Shown: positions 50,913 through 61,333 of the stretch, piece after piece
Position numbering within the stretch: position 1 is the stretch's first letter
Layout: each line of letters starts with the position of its first letter
From: Candidatus Woesearchaeota archaeon
GTDB lineage: Archaea; Nanobdellota; Nanobdellia; Woesearchaeales; UBA583
Direction: 5' to 3'
Assembly (NCBI GenBank): GCA_965205335.1
Contig: OZ242164.1
Coordinates: forward strand, 896,001 to 960,000
Length of the DNA stretch: 64,000 nt
Position numbers and translations under genes: made by a program
Notes under the pieces: model-generated
What the model saw: the letters and a program-made list of their open reading frames with translations, nothing else
The model's database searches: none
Told to the model about the DNA's origin: nothing

Positions 50913-51833
50913 ATGCTAAGAAAATTATTGATTATCATTACTTTACTGCTAACTCAAATTTTAGTTTCATATTCAGTGTTGGATACCTTAGATTGTGATT
51001 ACACCCAAAACACAAGCATTCCACCAGAAAATATCTTATTCTATGGACATAATAATCTAAGTTCAAACGTTGCATTGGGGCAAGGTCTATTAAACCTTCC
51101 ATACTCTCGTTCTTCATATGACTATACTCTCTCATGTCATTCAAATCTTTCAGCACTAAAATTCTATAGTAAAATAATTTATAATCATACTAATGTTTCA
51201 GACTATTTCTCCCTATGTGGAGATGATAAGCCGGTTATGTTTATAACAGATTCTATAAATGCAAGAGTTTCAATAAATACTACTAATAAAAATATTACAA
51301 CAGAGCAAGTATTATGTGCTTCAGTTGATAGGCAGTTCTCAAATTTAGATGTTAGGTGGCACATTGAGGGTGTAGATAGAAATATTGACTATACTAAAAT
51401 TGGATACACATGTATGTTTAGAACAAATGATAAAATAAATGGACATGTAAGTACCTGCGATAGTAATTATAATTTATCAGTCTGGGCAAGATTATTTGAA
51501 GATACTGATTTCTTAGTTTGTGATTTCGATTGCACCAGTAAACTTGATAGGAGAGTTTATAGCGCTTGTGCTTCTAAAATCCCAGAATGCAGAGATGTGC
51601 CAACAAATTGCGATGGTGCTTTATATGGAAGTTGGGTCCCATACAACGAAACTCATGAAATTAAATGTTCTGATCCATGGACAACATTTCGTCCAAATGT
51701 ATTTACTAATTCAGATGTAATAATTGAGTCCAGAGATTCTAATTGTAAGAATATTATAAAAAAAGAATTTGCTGTTTTAGTTGACAACGAACAGGTAACG
51801 ATGGCTATGTATGTATGTCAGGGTGTAGTTTAG
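50913..51833 (+). CDS. Secreted Cys-rich protein
   Basis: Signal peptide, many cysteines, N-x-S/T sequons. Confidence 0.75.
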   Translation: MLRKLLIIITLLLTQILVSYSVLDTLDCDYTQNTSIPPENILFYGHNNLSSNVALGQGLLNLPYSRSSYDYTLSCHSNLSALKFYSKIIYNHTNVSDYFSLCGDDKPVMFITDSINARVSINTTNKNITTEQVLCASVDRQFSNLDVRWHIEGVDRNIDYTKIGYTCMFRTNDKINGHVSTCDSNYNLSVWARLFEDTDFLVCDFDCTSKLDRRVYSACASKIPECRDVPTNCDGALYGSWVPYNETHEIKCSDPWTTFRPNVFTNSDVIIESRDSNCKNIIKKEFAVLVDNEQVTMAMYVCQGVV

Positions 51834-51843
51834 GAGGATAAAA

Positions 51844-52263
51844 ATGACAAAAAAATTTCAAAAATCAAATTCCAAAAAAGCCCAGACCTTTTCAGTTGAT
51901 ATAGTAATTGTAATTGTTATAGTTTTGTTCGGAGCACTACTTCTTGTCTTAGGTCAGATAAGTGAAGTTGAAAAAGAACCAACCCTTGAAGAAAGATATG
52001 ATACTGCATCATTAGATGCCCAGATAATCTTCGAAAATCTAAAAGAAAGAGGCATAGTGCAACGTTCTGATAACTCTGTTGACACTCAAGAACTTCTAAC
52101 AATTAATGATGAAAGTATGAGAGAGGAGTTAGGAATTTCAGGAAAATTTTGTATAGTACTTGAAAGAAATGGAAAACTGGTTAGGATTGATCCACAGTCA
52201 TCAGTAAATGGTGTTGGCTCAGAAGATATTATTATAAACGGAGAGCCTTGCTTAAGTCAATGA
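51844..52263 (+). CDS. Pilin-like protein (class III signal peptide)
   Basis: KKAQTFSVD followed by a hydrophobic helix; AGGAGG upstream. Confidence 0.8.
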   Translation: MTKKFQKSNSKKAQTFSVDIVIVIVIVLFGALLLVLGQISEVEKEPTLEERYDTASLDAQIIFENLKERGIVQRSDNSVDTQELLTINDESMREELGISGKFCIVLERNGKLVRIDPQSSVNGVGSEDIIINGEPCLSQ

Positions 52264-52266
52264 ACT

Positions 52267-52770
52267 ATGAAGAAAGCTCAAATTTTTATGCTGGATTTTA
52301 TATTTTCAATAGTTGTTTTAGTAATTGCCATTGTTATTGTCTTTAGTTATTTTGGTTCTACAACATCAAATAAAAATATTTATGAATTAAATAATGAAAT
52401 TATGGATTCTTTCACGACTACTAAAATTAATTCACTAAACGATGAAAATATAAGACTATATTTCAATGCCCAAAAAATTAAAAATGTTGAAAATACTATC
52501 GCTCAACAAGTTGGGGAGTTCTATTTTTTAAACCAAACATCTGATGCGCATGGTTTAACAAGAGATTTTGTATCTATATATATTTCAGACCAAGTAAATA
52601 TAAATGTTTTAATAGTAAATGACTCAGATGAAGTATCAATATTTAGTAAAACCAATAAAGGTAGTTCATTTCAAGGGTCAGGAATTTCCAGCACTACAAA
52701 CAGACTTGTTTTAGGTTCTTATAATGGAAGTTTATACTCATATGAATTTAGTATTAGACTATGGCATTAA
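52267..52770 (+). CDS. Pilin-like protein (class III signal peptide)
   Basis: MKKAQIFMLD followed by a hydrophobic helix. Confidence 0.8.
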   Translation: MKKAQIFMLDFIFSIVVLVIAIVIVFSYFGSTTSNKNIYELNNEIMDSFTTTKINSLNDENIRLYFNAQKIKNVENTIAQQVGEFYFLNQTSDAHGLTRDFVSIYISDQVNINVLIVNDSDEVSIFSKTNKGSSFQGSGISSTTNRLVLGSYNGSLYSYEFSIRLWH

Positions 52771-55145
52771 AAAACAAAACAAACATAAAAGAGAATAAAA
52801 AAGCATTTGCTTTTACTATGCTTGCATTTTTTTTAATCTTTCTAATCTTTACAATAGGTTCACTGATTTTATTCTCGGGTTCATACGCAAATGAAAATTT
52901 ATTCAAAGAGTCAAGAATTTTAAGCATTAATAGTGAAATACAATATTTCAAAGATGTTTATATAAAAAATGCCATATCATATAGTTCATATGGTGTTTTA
53001 GAATCTCTTTTGAATTATTCAAGAACAAATTATACTTTTTCACAGGATTATAAAGAGTTCAATAGATTATTTTCGGAAGGATTGCTTAATGGAAGTTTTG
53101 ACTCAATAGATCGACCAGAATTATCTGATAAAAATTTAGGTTACCTTTTTAGAGAATATCAGGAGACTTTTTCACGAAACTACAGAGGAGATCTTGATTT
53201 CAAAGTTAACTTAGTTGGAATTTATGATTTAAGTCCATACTACATTTCCGTTCAGATTAATGCAGATTATAACATTACAACTTATGATAAAATTTCTTTT
53301 TGGGATTTTAATGATGATTTTGTTGTATCTGTGCCAGTTTCAGGCTTGTATGACCCTGAGTTTTTACTCTCTGATTCCAAAGAAGTACCCATAACTCCTG
53401 CAGAGAATACTTTTGGGCATGCTTCAGCATGGTCACATGTAACTCTTAATGAAACGATTTTAAATATGTATGCCTCAATCCATGAAGAACCCTTTTACAA
53501 ATACACGATAGGGAAAAGTTTTCTCAATAGATTTCTAAATTTTTCTGTTGGCGCAATGAAAGATGTAATAGGATTTTGGAATTTTGATTATGATTTAGTT
53601 GAGAGAGGAGTTTATGACAGAAGCAGAGTTAATTTACTAGGAGAGCATTTTGGAAACTCAATACTTGTTTTAAATTTTAATGATATGTCAGATTTAACAA
53701 ATGATTTATCTGCATACAATACCTTGGCGCAAACTCATGGAAATCCTTCTTGGGTTAATGACTCATGTATATCTATGGGATGTTTGAAACTTGATGGAAT
53801 TGATGATTATATTAATATTTCAGATAACCTAAATTTATCTAAGGATATATCTATATCTATATGGGCAAAATCAAATGCAACATCATGTGATAATATAAAT
53901 ACACAGGTTTTAATGGCAGATGATGCTTCGGGAAGAAATGGTCTTAGAATTTCCCAGAGTTCATGTGAATTACTATCTCTTAAAGGCAATAGTTCATATG
54001 ATGCAATAAAAGTAAATCTAACAGACTATAATATATCTCACTCAGATTGGAATCATTATGTTGTTGTAAGTTCAGATAATGGTTTATTTTTATATCTTAA
54101 TGGAATTTTTGTTAGTAGGAATACAAACAATTTTACAAAATTAGCATATACTAATGCAGGTGGTTCTTGGCTTGAAGTTGGACATGCGAGAGGAAATAGC
54201 GGTTGGTACTTTGATGGTTTAATAGATGAATTTTCATTATATTCAAAGGCATTATCGAACAGTGAAATTGCAGATTTATATGAGGAGAAAAGAGCCTTGT
54301 TAATTGATTATAAGGATTCTCTATATGGCAGTGGAATTGAATTTGATGGGATTAATGATTATATCAATATAAGTCTGGATGATTTTACAGGAGATGATTT
54401 CAGTTTTTCAATATGGATTAAGCCATATAATAATATAGGAAACATTATGACTTTTGATAGTGAGTTTGCTTTATCAATTAATTCCAGTGAGATATTAGTA
54501 AGTGATAATAAGGGAAATGAAACTCATGCCCCATACAATTTCGAATTAGGTGAATATCTCAATATTATAGGAATATATAGTTCATTATCTAATAAAATCT
54601 CATTATATATAAATTCAGAGTTTATTAAATCATCAGATGGCTCTTGGAATCCTGACGGGGATGGAGGAATTTTTACTGTTGGCTCGGGTAAGTATCCAAA
54701 CAATGGAATTACAGGGGCTTATTTTAATGGCATAATTGATGAAATCAAAATATACAATAGATCTCTTACCAAAGCAGAAATTGACATATTATACTCTAAT
54801 TTCGACTCAGCAGGAAAGGCTTGCTGTAATTATATAATCCCTATTAATCCCCATTTATTAGGCTATAATACCACTTTGTATAACGGAACTATACCATATT
54901 CATCAAAATTATTTTATGATATCCACAGGAGAGGAATTCCTATTAATGTTTCTCTTTTTAATTCCATTGGATTTACTTCGCAAAGAGAGGACGAAAATTT
55001 CTATAATTTCAGAATAGATGATTGCATGGCAGAAGGATATAATGCATTTTCTGATGATTATGATCCTTATTACTTATTTTACCTTAATTATACAGGTAAA
55101 GATTCTGGTAATTGCACATATTTAATTGAACAAGGAATCTATTAA
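52761..55145 (+). CDS. LamG/concanavalin-like domain adhesin with class III-like signal
   Basis: KKAFAF; two LamG repeats (DG.DDYINI, SISIW.K, LYLNG, F.G.IDE...Y..AL...EI). Confidence 0.85.
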   Translation: MALKNKTNIKENKKAFAFTMLAFFLIFLIFTIGSLILFSGSYANENLFKESRILSINSEIQYFKDVYIKNAISYSSYGVLESLLNYSRTNYTFSQDYKEFNRLFSEGLLNGSFDSIDRPELSDKNLGYLFREYQETFSRNYRGDLDFKVNLVGIYDLSPYYISVQINADYNITTYDKISFWDFNDDFVVSVPVSGLYDPEFLLSDSKEVPITPAENTFGHASAWSHVTLNETILNMYASIHEEPFYKYTIGKSFLNRFLNFSVGAMKDVIGFWNFDYDLVERGVYDRSRVNLLGEHFGNSILVLNFNDMSDLTNDLSAYNTLAQTHGNPSWVNDSCISMGCLKLDGIDDYINISDNLNLSKDISISIWAKSNATSCDNINTQVLMADDASGRNGLRISQSSCELLSLKGNSSYDAIKVNLTDYNISHSDWNHYVVVSSDNGLFLYLNGIFVSRNTNNFTKLAYTNAGGSWLEVGHARGNSGWYFDGLIDEFSLYSKALSNSEIADLYEEKRALLIDYKDSLYGSGIEFDGINDYINISLDDFTGDDFSFSIWIKPYNNIGNIMTFDSEFALSINSSEILVSDNKGNETHAPYNFELGEYLNIIGIYSSLSNKISLYINSEFIKSSDGSWNPDGDGGIFTVGSGKYPNNGITGAYFNGIIDEIKIYNRSLTKAEIDILYSNFDSAGKACCNYIIPINPHLLGYNTTLYNGTIPYSSKLFYDIHRRGIPINVSLFNSIGFTSQREDENFYNFRIDDCMAEGYNAFSDDYDPYYLFYLNYTGKDSGNCTYLIEQGIY

Positions 55146-55216
55146 TACTAATTTGATTTGATTACTTTGAAGTGGTTAGTAATGTTTTTATTATTTTCGT
55201 TAGAACATAAATTAAA

Positions 55217-55693
55217 ATGGATGAATATTTAGTTGAAAAAGAGAGTTCTGGAGAGAAATTTCTAGATGTACTAGTATTTGTTGCAGTATTTCTTGTAACA
55301 ATTTTTCTGATTCTAGAACTTTTAGGCAGGGGGCTTAACATTAGTGGTAATACTGAGCTTTACCTCTGGGTTAGTGTATTTGTATTTGTAGTATTTATTA
55401 TTGATTTAATCAGATTAGGAAGTCACTCAAAGGGATTTGGGGATTTTATGAGCAATAATTGGCTTGATGTTCTTGCAACTATTCCTTTTGAGTTAATTGC
55501 ACTTGGATTAGGTCAAGTAGATCCGCAGACCCTTCAGGCATTCGGCCTATTGAAATGGAGTAAATTCCACAGATTATCTAAACTAGGGAGATTACAACAA
55601 ATTTCAAGAATTTCAAAGATTTCCAAAGAATTTAAGGCAGCAGCTCATCTTAAAAGAGAAGGTAAGAGATACAGAAGAGATAACAAATTATAA
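55217..55693 (+). CDS. Stand-alone voltage-sensor-like domain (ion transport S1-S4)
   Basis: FIIDL (S2), NWLDVLATIPF (S3), basic residue every third position in S4; no pore domain. Confidence 0.75.
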   Translation: MDEYLVEKESSGEKFLDVLVFVAVFLVTIFLILELLGRGLNISGNTELYLWVSVFVFVVFIIDLIRLGSHSKGFGDFMSNNWLDVLATIPFELIALGLGQVDPQTLQAFGLLKWSKFHRLSKLGRLQQISRISKISKEFKAAAHLKREGKRYRRDNKL

Positions 55694-55782
55694 TTTTATT
55701 TCTTTTTGTTGTCTGTAACTTGTAACTATTCTTTTTAATTAATTAATTTTATATATCTGATAATTATATTTCTATTAATATT

Positions 55783-58386
55783 ATGGCAGCAGATTTTGAC
55801 CAACATGACCCTAAGGTATTTAAGGAAACTCTTGGTTCATTTGGTACTACAACAAACCCTAACGCAAGAAATCAACTTGAGGAACTTCAGGCAAAAGTAA
55901 GACAGGGAGTTAAGCATGTTGAAATTCATCTTATGAACTCAGGGAAGGGGCAGTTTAATATTCAGGATGTTCCAGATAAATATGGTTTTGAGCAGAGAAG
56001 AACCATAATGCAACTTGCAAAAATTAACAAGCAGACTCTTTCTGTTCATGGTGATTTTTCCATTAATTCATTTTCAGGCTTGTCACAAAGAGGTTTTGAT
56101 GAAGTATATAGAGCAAAGAATATAAAAGAGATTGATGAAACAATAAAGTTTGCAGCAGAGACTGCAAAAGGAGGAGCAGTTGTATTTCATTTGCATGAAA
56201 CAGGTCTACCACCAACACCTCCTCAAGAATTAAATCTTCCTAAGTGGTATCTTGATAAATTAAAGAAAAGCGATGATGAAAAACTAAGAAAAGAATATGA
56301 AGATATTATGGAAAATACTTTAAAGAAAGATGAACTTAGCAGAAGATTCGTTGAAAATCCTGACCAAGAATCTGAGATAAAGATAAAATATGAAAATATG
56401 AGCAATAGAAAGAAAGAAGAATTAAGAAAAGATTTTGAAATTAATAACTGGAAGGATTATTATCAGTATAATAAGGATGAACAGATTAAGTTGGAACAGG
56501 AAGGAAACCCATTAGTTGTTATTGGGAATAGTATTACAAGAGTATCAAGGGAACAGGATGTAATTGATGTTGATAGAGTGCTCAATGCAGAGAAAGAAGA
56601 CACTAAATATAGGGATTTCAAATTAACAGATGAAGAGAGAAAATATTTAAAAGAGAAACTAAATATTGATATGGACCCTAAGATATTTCATCTTGATGAT
56701 TTCCAGAGAATTCAGGCAAGATTTATTAATAAAAATGATTATAATCGTGATGATGGTTTAGATAAGGAGAAATTTCGAAAGCTAAGATCCAAATTCATTG
56801 AAGAATATGTTGATGTATTAAATACTAATCATAGAATGAAATCTGCAGCGGATGAAGAATATTTCCGAAAAACAATGAAAATGCAAATCAAAATGGCTGA
56901 ACTTCAAAGAGAGGATATGGAGTTAACCAAAACAAGATATAAAAATTATTATGATGAAATTCAGAAAATTAAAAAAGAAGAAAGAATATTGACAGCCCAA
57001 CTTAGAGATGCAATTAAATCAAATGATAAGAAAAAAATTGAAGAACTATCAGGAAGACTTGATGGTTATAAGAATATTAATGATTTACCTGAGGAAGATA
57101 GAAGAGAATTAGAAGAATTATCCCAAAAAGCAAGAGGAGGGAATTTGCAAAATCTAACAACAGAGGAAAGATGGAAATTACAACAACTTCAAGGTGGTTT
57201 AAGGGAAAAGAAGAAATATATTGAGTTTCAGGATGTGGGTCAGGCTGAGTATCATAAATTAGAACGTTATGATGAGATGGTTGGTCAGTTGAATGAGCAG
57301 ATTAAAAAACTAAAGGAAAAGCAACTTAATGCAAAAGGTTTATCTGATGAAATTTTTGAGAAAAATGCAAGTGCTATGGGACAACTCGGACTTAAAGCTC
57401 TAAGATACCAGATTGATATGAAGCAGAAAGCTAAAGAAGGAAAGCAAAAAGTTGCACAGTATGATAAACAAATCAAAGATTTGCAGACCCAATTAAACTC
57501 TTCCTCAAACCAGAAAGAAAGGGATAAACTAAATGCCCAGATTCAGAAGATAAAATATGATAAGAGATTATGGGTTGGAACTACTGATTATTCAGATATT
57601 GATTTAGAGAACAGACCTCTTTATTTAGCCCCGGAAAACATTATGGCTGGGTATGGTTATATGGATACTCTTGAAGAATACAAAGGAGTTATACGAACAT
57701 CATGGGAACAATTTGCTCATAAATTATTAAGTAATGAAGAGGTTTATGTTAAACTAAGAGAAGATTACGAGAGAGAAACAGGAAAGAAAATTGTAACAAA
57801 AGAAGATGCTATAGAAGTTGCGAAACATCATATTGGAGGAACTTTTGATAATGCTCACGCGGGGGTTTGGCTTAAATATTTTAAGAAAAAAGATGGAGAA
57901 TCAGAGGAAGATAGAATTAAGAGATTTAATAAATGGCTAAATCAGGAGGCAGAAAATATGGCAAGAGAAGGGGTAATAAAACATGTTCATTTTAATGATA
58001 CTCAGGCAAAAGATGATGACCATAATTTATTAGGTTCAGGAATATTAGATATTCATGATTTAAGAGAAAGATTAAGAAAAGCAGGAATTAAAGAATCCCT
58101 CATTATTGAAGCAGGAGGCAGAGGTGCTGATAGAATTATGCATATTACAAATGCATTTGATATATTTAATCCTGCTCTGCACTCTCAGGAAGCTATGGCT
58201 GAGAGGGAAGCAAGAGGATACATTCCTGGCTCAACAAGTGTATCTGATTGGATTAGTGTTAAACGTGATTATGAACAAAGACCTGAGTTCTCGCGATATG
58301 GAATGGGTTATAATACTTTTTCAACTCAGGTTCAGCCACCTCAGGGAATGCCAAAGGGAAGTTGGTCGGGGACTGGATTTTTCTGA
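55783..58386 (+). CDS. AP endonuclease 2 / xylose isomerase-like TIM barrel with very large helical insertion
   Basis: SVHG, VVFH, APEN, TFDNAH, HVHFND..DDH and IIE motifs. Confidence 0.75.
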   Translation: MAADFDQHDPKVFKETLGSFGTTTNPNARNQLEELQAKVRQGVKHVEIHLMNSGKGQFNIQDVPDKYGFEQRRTIMQLAKINKQTLSVHGDFSINSFSGLSQRGFDEVYRAKNIKEIDETIKFAAETAKGGAVVFHLHETGLPPTPPQELNLPKWYLDKLKKSDDEKLRKEYEDIMENTLKKDELSRRFVENPDQESEIKIKYENMSNRKKEELRKDFEINNWKDYYQYNKDEQIKLEQEGNPLVVIGNSITRVSREQDVIDVDRVLNAEKEDTKYRDFKLTDEERKYLKEKLNIDMDPKIFHLDDFQRIQARFINKNDYNRDDGLDKEKFRKLRSKFIEEYVDVLNTNHRMKSAADEEYFRKTMKMQIKMAELQREDMELTKTRYKNYYDEIQKIKKEERILTAQLRDAIKSNDKKKIEELSGRLDGYKNINDLPEEDRRELEELSQKARGGNLQNLTTEERWKLQQLQGGLREKKKYIEFQDVGQAEYHKLERYDEMVGQLNEQIKKLKEKQLNAKGLSDEIFEKNASAMGQLGLKALRYQIDMKQKAKEGKQKVAQYDKQIKDLQTQLNSSSNQKERDKLNAQIQKIKYDKRLWVGTTDYSDIDLENRPLYLAPENIMAGYGYMDTLEEYKGVIRTSWEQFAHKLLSNEEVYVKLREDYERETGKKIVTKEDAIEVAKHHIGGTFDNAHAGVWLKYFKKKDGESEEDRIKRFNKWLNQEAENMAREGVIKHVHFNDTQAKDDDHNLLGSGILDIHDLRERLRKAGIKESLIIEAGGRGADRIMHITNAFDIFNPALHSQEAMAEREARGYIPGSTSVSDWISVKRDYEQRPEFSRYGMGYNTFSTQVQPPQGMPKGSWSGTGFF

Positions 58387-58435
58387 TGCAGTAACAAGTT
58401 AATTTTATATAAGATTACAATACTGAAAATTTATT

Positions 58436-59218
58436 ATGGAAATTGGTTTATGGCTAATTATATTAGGATTTCTAATATTAGCTTATGTTATATTTAAACT
58501 TATTAAGAAAGTAGTATTTGCAATTATTGCTGTTGTTTTATTAGTAGTTCTTGTATTTGGGGGAGTTGCGGGTTTAGTCTATATTGATATGAAAAACCTT
58601 GCAGATAAAACAGACTATGATGTTAATTTTCTCTTAGAGGAAGAAGATGATTACTCATTAGGATTTGGGTTTCCCGTGCGAGAAGGAGAATTTGAGTTGT
58701 TAAATGTATACGGATTATCTCAAGATGATATCTCAAAAATAGATGTTGATGAAATTTCAAAATCTGATAATCTATTTATTGTAAGTATTAATAGAGACTT
58801 TCTTGAAAGTTTAACACCTGATAAATACCCTGTTGACTCATTTATTTCACCAGAAGAAAATAAGGACTATAATCTAACTTTCACAAATGGAGAAGTTCTC
58901 TCTCTTATGAATTCAAAATCTCAGATTAGTGATGTGATTGATATTGTATTAGAGAAAGATGATGTTGAATCAGAGTCTCTGAGTACTAAAATTGAAGAAC
59001 ACCTTCTTGAAAAAGACATTGATGTAGGAACAGCAATATTTTCTGTGGTTTTATCAGATATTTTTAGTGATGAATCAAACTCACTTGATCTAATCACTGG
59101 ATATAAAGAAGGAGAAATAAACATATATCCAGACAGAATTAGTTTCAAATTAATAAAATGGCTTCCTACAAAAACTATTCAGAGTTTCTTAGAAGATAAT
59201 CCTTCTAATGAAGAATAA
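58436..59218 (+). CDS. Membrane-anchored acidic hypothetical protein
   Basis: Two N-terminal TM segments. Confidence 0.75.
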   Translation: MEIGLWLIILGFLILAYVIFKLIKKVVFAIIAVVLLVVLVFGGVAGLVYIDMKNLADKTDYDVNFLLEEEDDYSLGFGFPVREGEFELLNVYGLSQDDISKIDVDEISKSDNLFIVSINRDFLESLTPDKYPVDSFISPEENKDYNLTFTNGEVLSLMNSKSQISDVIDIVLEKDDVESESLSTKIEEHLLEKDIDVGTAIFSVVLSDIFSDESNSLDLITGYKEGEINIYPDRISFKLIKWLPTKTIQSFLEDNPSNEE

Positions 59219-59227
59219 TTTAACTAT

Positions 59228-60556
59228 CTAAAAACCAAACTCATCTTTTATCTGGGAAATTGCATTAGGATCTTCTCCACCGTGCCATGTAAACCTCGGT
59301 TTTACCTGCATAGTATGTAACCTCTCATTTTTATCATCCATAATAATAGCGCAACCCTTAGTTCTTGGCATTGAATTAAACAATTCCTTTGAGCCTTTAT
59401 TATTATAACTTAAAAAAATCTTATCCAATGCTTCCAAATCAAAACTTGCAGTCAGCCTGTGAGCTAAAACAATATCACATTGAGTAATTGCATCAGTGTG
59501 AATCTTAGCAGGTTGCTGAGTTGCAAGAATAAGACTAACTCCAGGTTGTCTTCCCTCTCTTAAAATTGTTATAAGAGATTTTGAAGATGGAACTATCTCA
59601 TCTCTTGGGAGAAACTCATGAGCCTCATCAACTATTATCCATGGCATTGGAATATCTCCTTCAATCTCATCTTTTTTCACAACCTGAGTTTTATTTACAA
59701 TATCTCTAAGTTCTTCATTTTTACGAACAAGCATTCTCTCAACAAATATTTTTTTAGATAATATTCCTAAAACCAGAGCTTTAACCTCCCACCCTCCAGG
59801 CATTGCAACATAAGGTGATAAATCCATAACAGTTACCTTTCCTCCCTTTAATATATCCTTAATAGGAGTTCCCCTCTTTGAAAAAATCCCCCAGGACTTA
59901 ACATTCTCAAACCTTGTTTCAATTGCAAGCTTTGTCTTATCATCTAACCGTTCAAAATTTTTTGTCTCCCTAATCAAATCATCAACAGAAAAATCTCCAT
60001 CTCTATCAAGTAACTTACCAACAATTCTTGAAATTCCAACCCCTATAATATCATCATTTTGAAGATTAAATGCATTCATCCAATCTTCAATTGTTAACTC
60101 ATTTGGCTTTATATAAAAAGGAAAATCCACAGGAATGCCATCTTCCTTATATTTCTCATAGAATCCTCCGGGGATATATATTAAAACATCAAGACCCTTC
60201 CCTTCAAGTCCCCACTGTTTTAGCAAACCATCTTCTTTCGAATTAGGATATTTCATAGACCAATAAACACCCATAGTATCCATTAAAATAAACGAGAGAT
60301 TTTTTGAAATACTTGGATCCATATCAGACAATCCTTCTGCAATAGAACCCATAGTATATGACTTTCCCCCTCCTCTCTTTCCAACTATAAGCATCGCATG
60401 AGTTCTTGAAACATCTAAATAAATAGGATTAGAAAGTGATGAAGTCTGTCCCATCTGAACATATTGCTTTCCAATAAAAACAGTTCCATCCTTTCCGAAT
60501 TTCTTTTGATCAGATAAAGTCCTACCTAAAATAATATCATACATAAATAACTCCAA
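59228..60556 (-). CDS. HerA/DUF87-like P-loop ATPase
   Basis: H..IVGKRGGGKS, IIVDEAHEF, REGR and ATQQP motifs. Confidence 0.88.
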   Translation of the reverse strand: MELFMYDIILGRTLSDQKKFGKDGTVFIGKQYVQMGQTSSLSNPIYLDVSRTHAMLIVGKRGGGKSYTMGSIAEGLSDMDPSISKNLSFILMDTMGVYWSMKYPNSKEDGLLKQWGLEGKGLDVLIYIPGGFYEKYKEDGIPVDFPFYIKPNELTIEDWMNAFNLQNDDIIGVGISRIVGKLLDRDGDFSVDDLIRETKNFERLDDKTKLAIETRFENVKSWGIFSKRGTPIKDILKGGKVTVMDLSPYVAMPGGWEVKALVLGILSKKIFVERMLVRKNEELRDIVNKTQVVKKDEIEGDIPMPWIIVDEAHEFLPRDEIVPSSKSLITILREGRQPGVSLILATQQPAKIHTDAITQCDIVLAHRLTASFDLEALDKIFLSYNNKGSKELFNSMPRTKGCAIIMDDKNERLHTMQVKPRFTWHGGEDPNAISQIKDEFGF

Positions 60557-60729
60557 AAAAGATACTTTATAAAGATTTATAACAGATTTAAGGGGTAAAA
60601 TAAGATATTAACATAAAATCTAATAAAGACAGATAACAAACTATTCCTTATTTCTAAGTTCTCAAACCCGAAATATTTCACTTACTAACAAAAAACAAAT
60701 TTTATAAATGCGTAAACTTAAAAATATCT

Positions 60730-61332
60730 ATGTTTGAGATTGACGTAATTAGATTTCTAAATGATTTTAAGAATACATATGATGAATATGAAAAACAAAA
60801 AATCAAAAAATCAATCTCCGAGCTAATCTCCCAAAATGAGAAAGAATATGAAGAATTTAAAACAAAGGATTTAGATCCCCAAACCTTATCTCTCTTGCAA
60901 GAATGTGAAAATATAGTTAAAGAAAAGAAATTAGAACAGGAGAAAGAAGAAGCAACAGATTCGCAAATAGTCAAAGATGCATTTATGAAATGGTCACAGG
61001 AATACAACCTCAACTCAAAACAGCCCAATGAAAACTGCATAGCAATAATAAATAAACTAATTGAATTTTACATTGAGAATAGATATGAAGTCATACAAAC
61101 TATACTTGATATAAATAACGAAGATTCAGATTATAAGGCATTTAAAGCAATGCTAAAAAACAGTATTCGCGGTTACTATGCAAGAAAAATAAGTTCATAC
61201 ATTGAATCTGATAAATTTGAATCGTTAAGTTTATTTCAGAAGTTCAAAAAAGATAGAGACTTACACAGATTGCTAAAGAAAATTGGAAGATATGAATTTG
61301 ACAGAAAAGAAATTAATGAGGTTTTAACTTAA
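60730..61332 (+). CDS. Hypothetical protein
   Basis: 200-aa ORF; TTTATAAA at 60701; coupled to the next gene. Confidence 0.7.
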   Translation: MFEIDVIRFLNDFKNTYDEYEKQKIKKSISELISQNEKEYEEFKTKDLDPQTLSLLQECENIVKEKKLEQEKEEATDSQIVKDAFMKWSQEYNLNSKQPNENCIAIINKLIEFYIENRYEVIQTILDINNEDSDYKAFKAMLKNSIRGYYARKISSYIESDKFESLSLFQKFKKDRDLHRLLKKIGRYEFDRKEINEVLT

Positions 61333-61333
61333 A

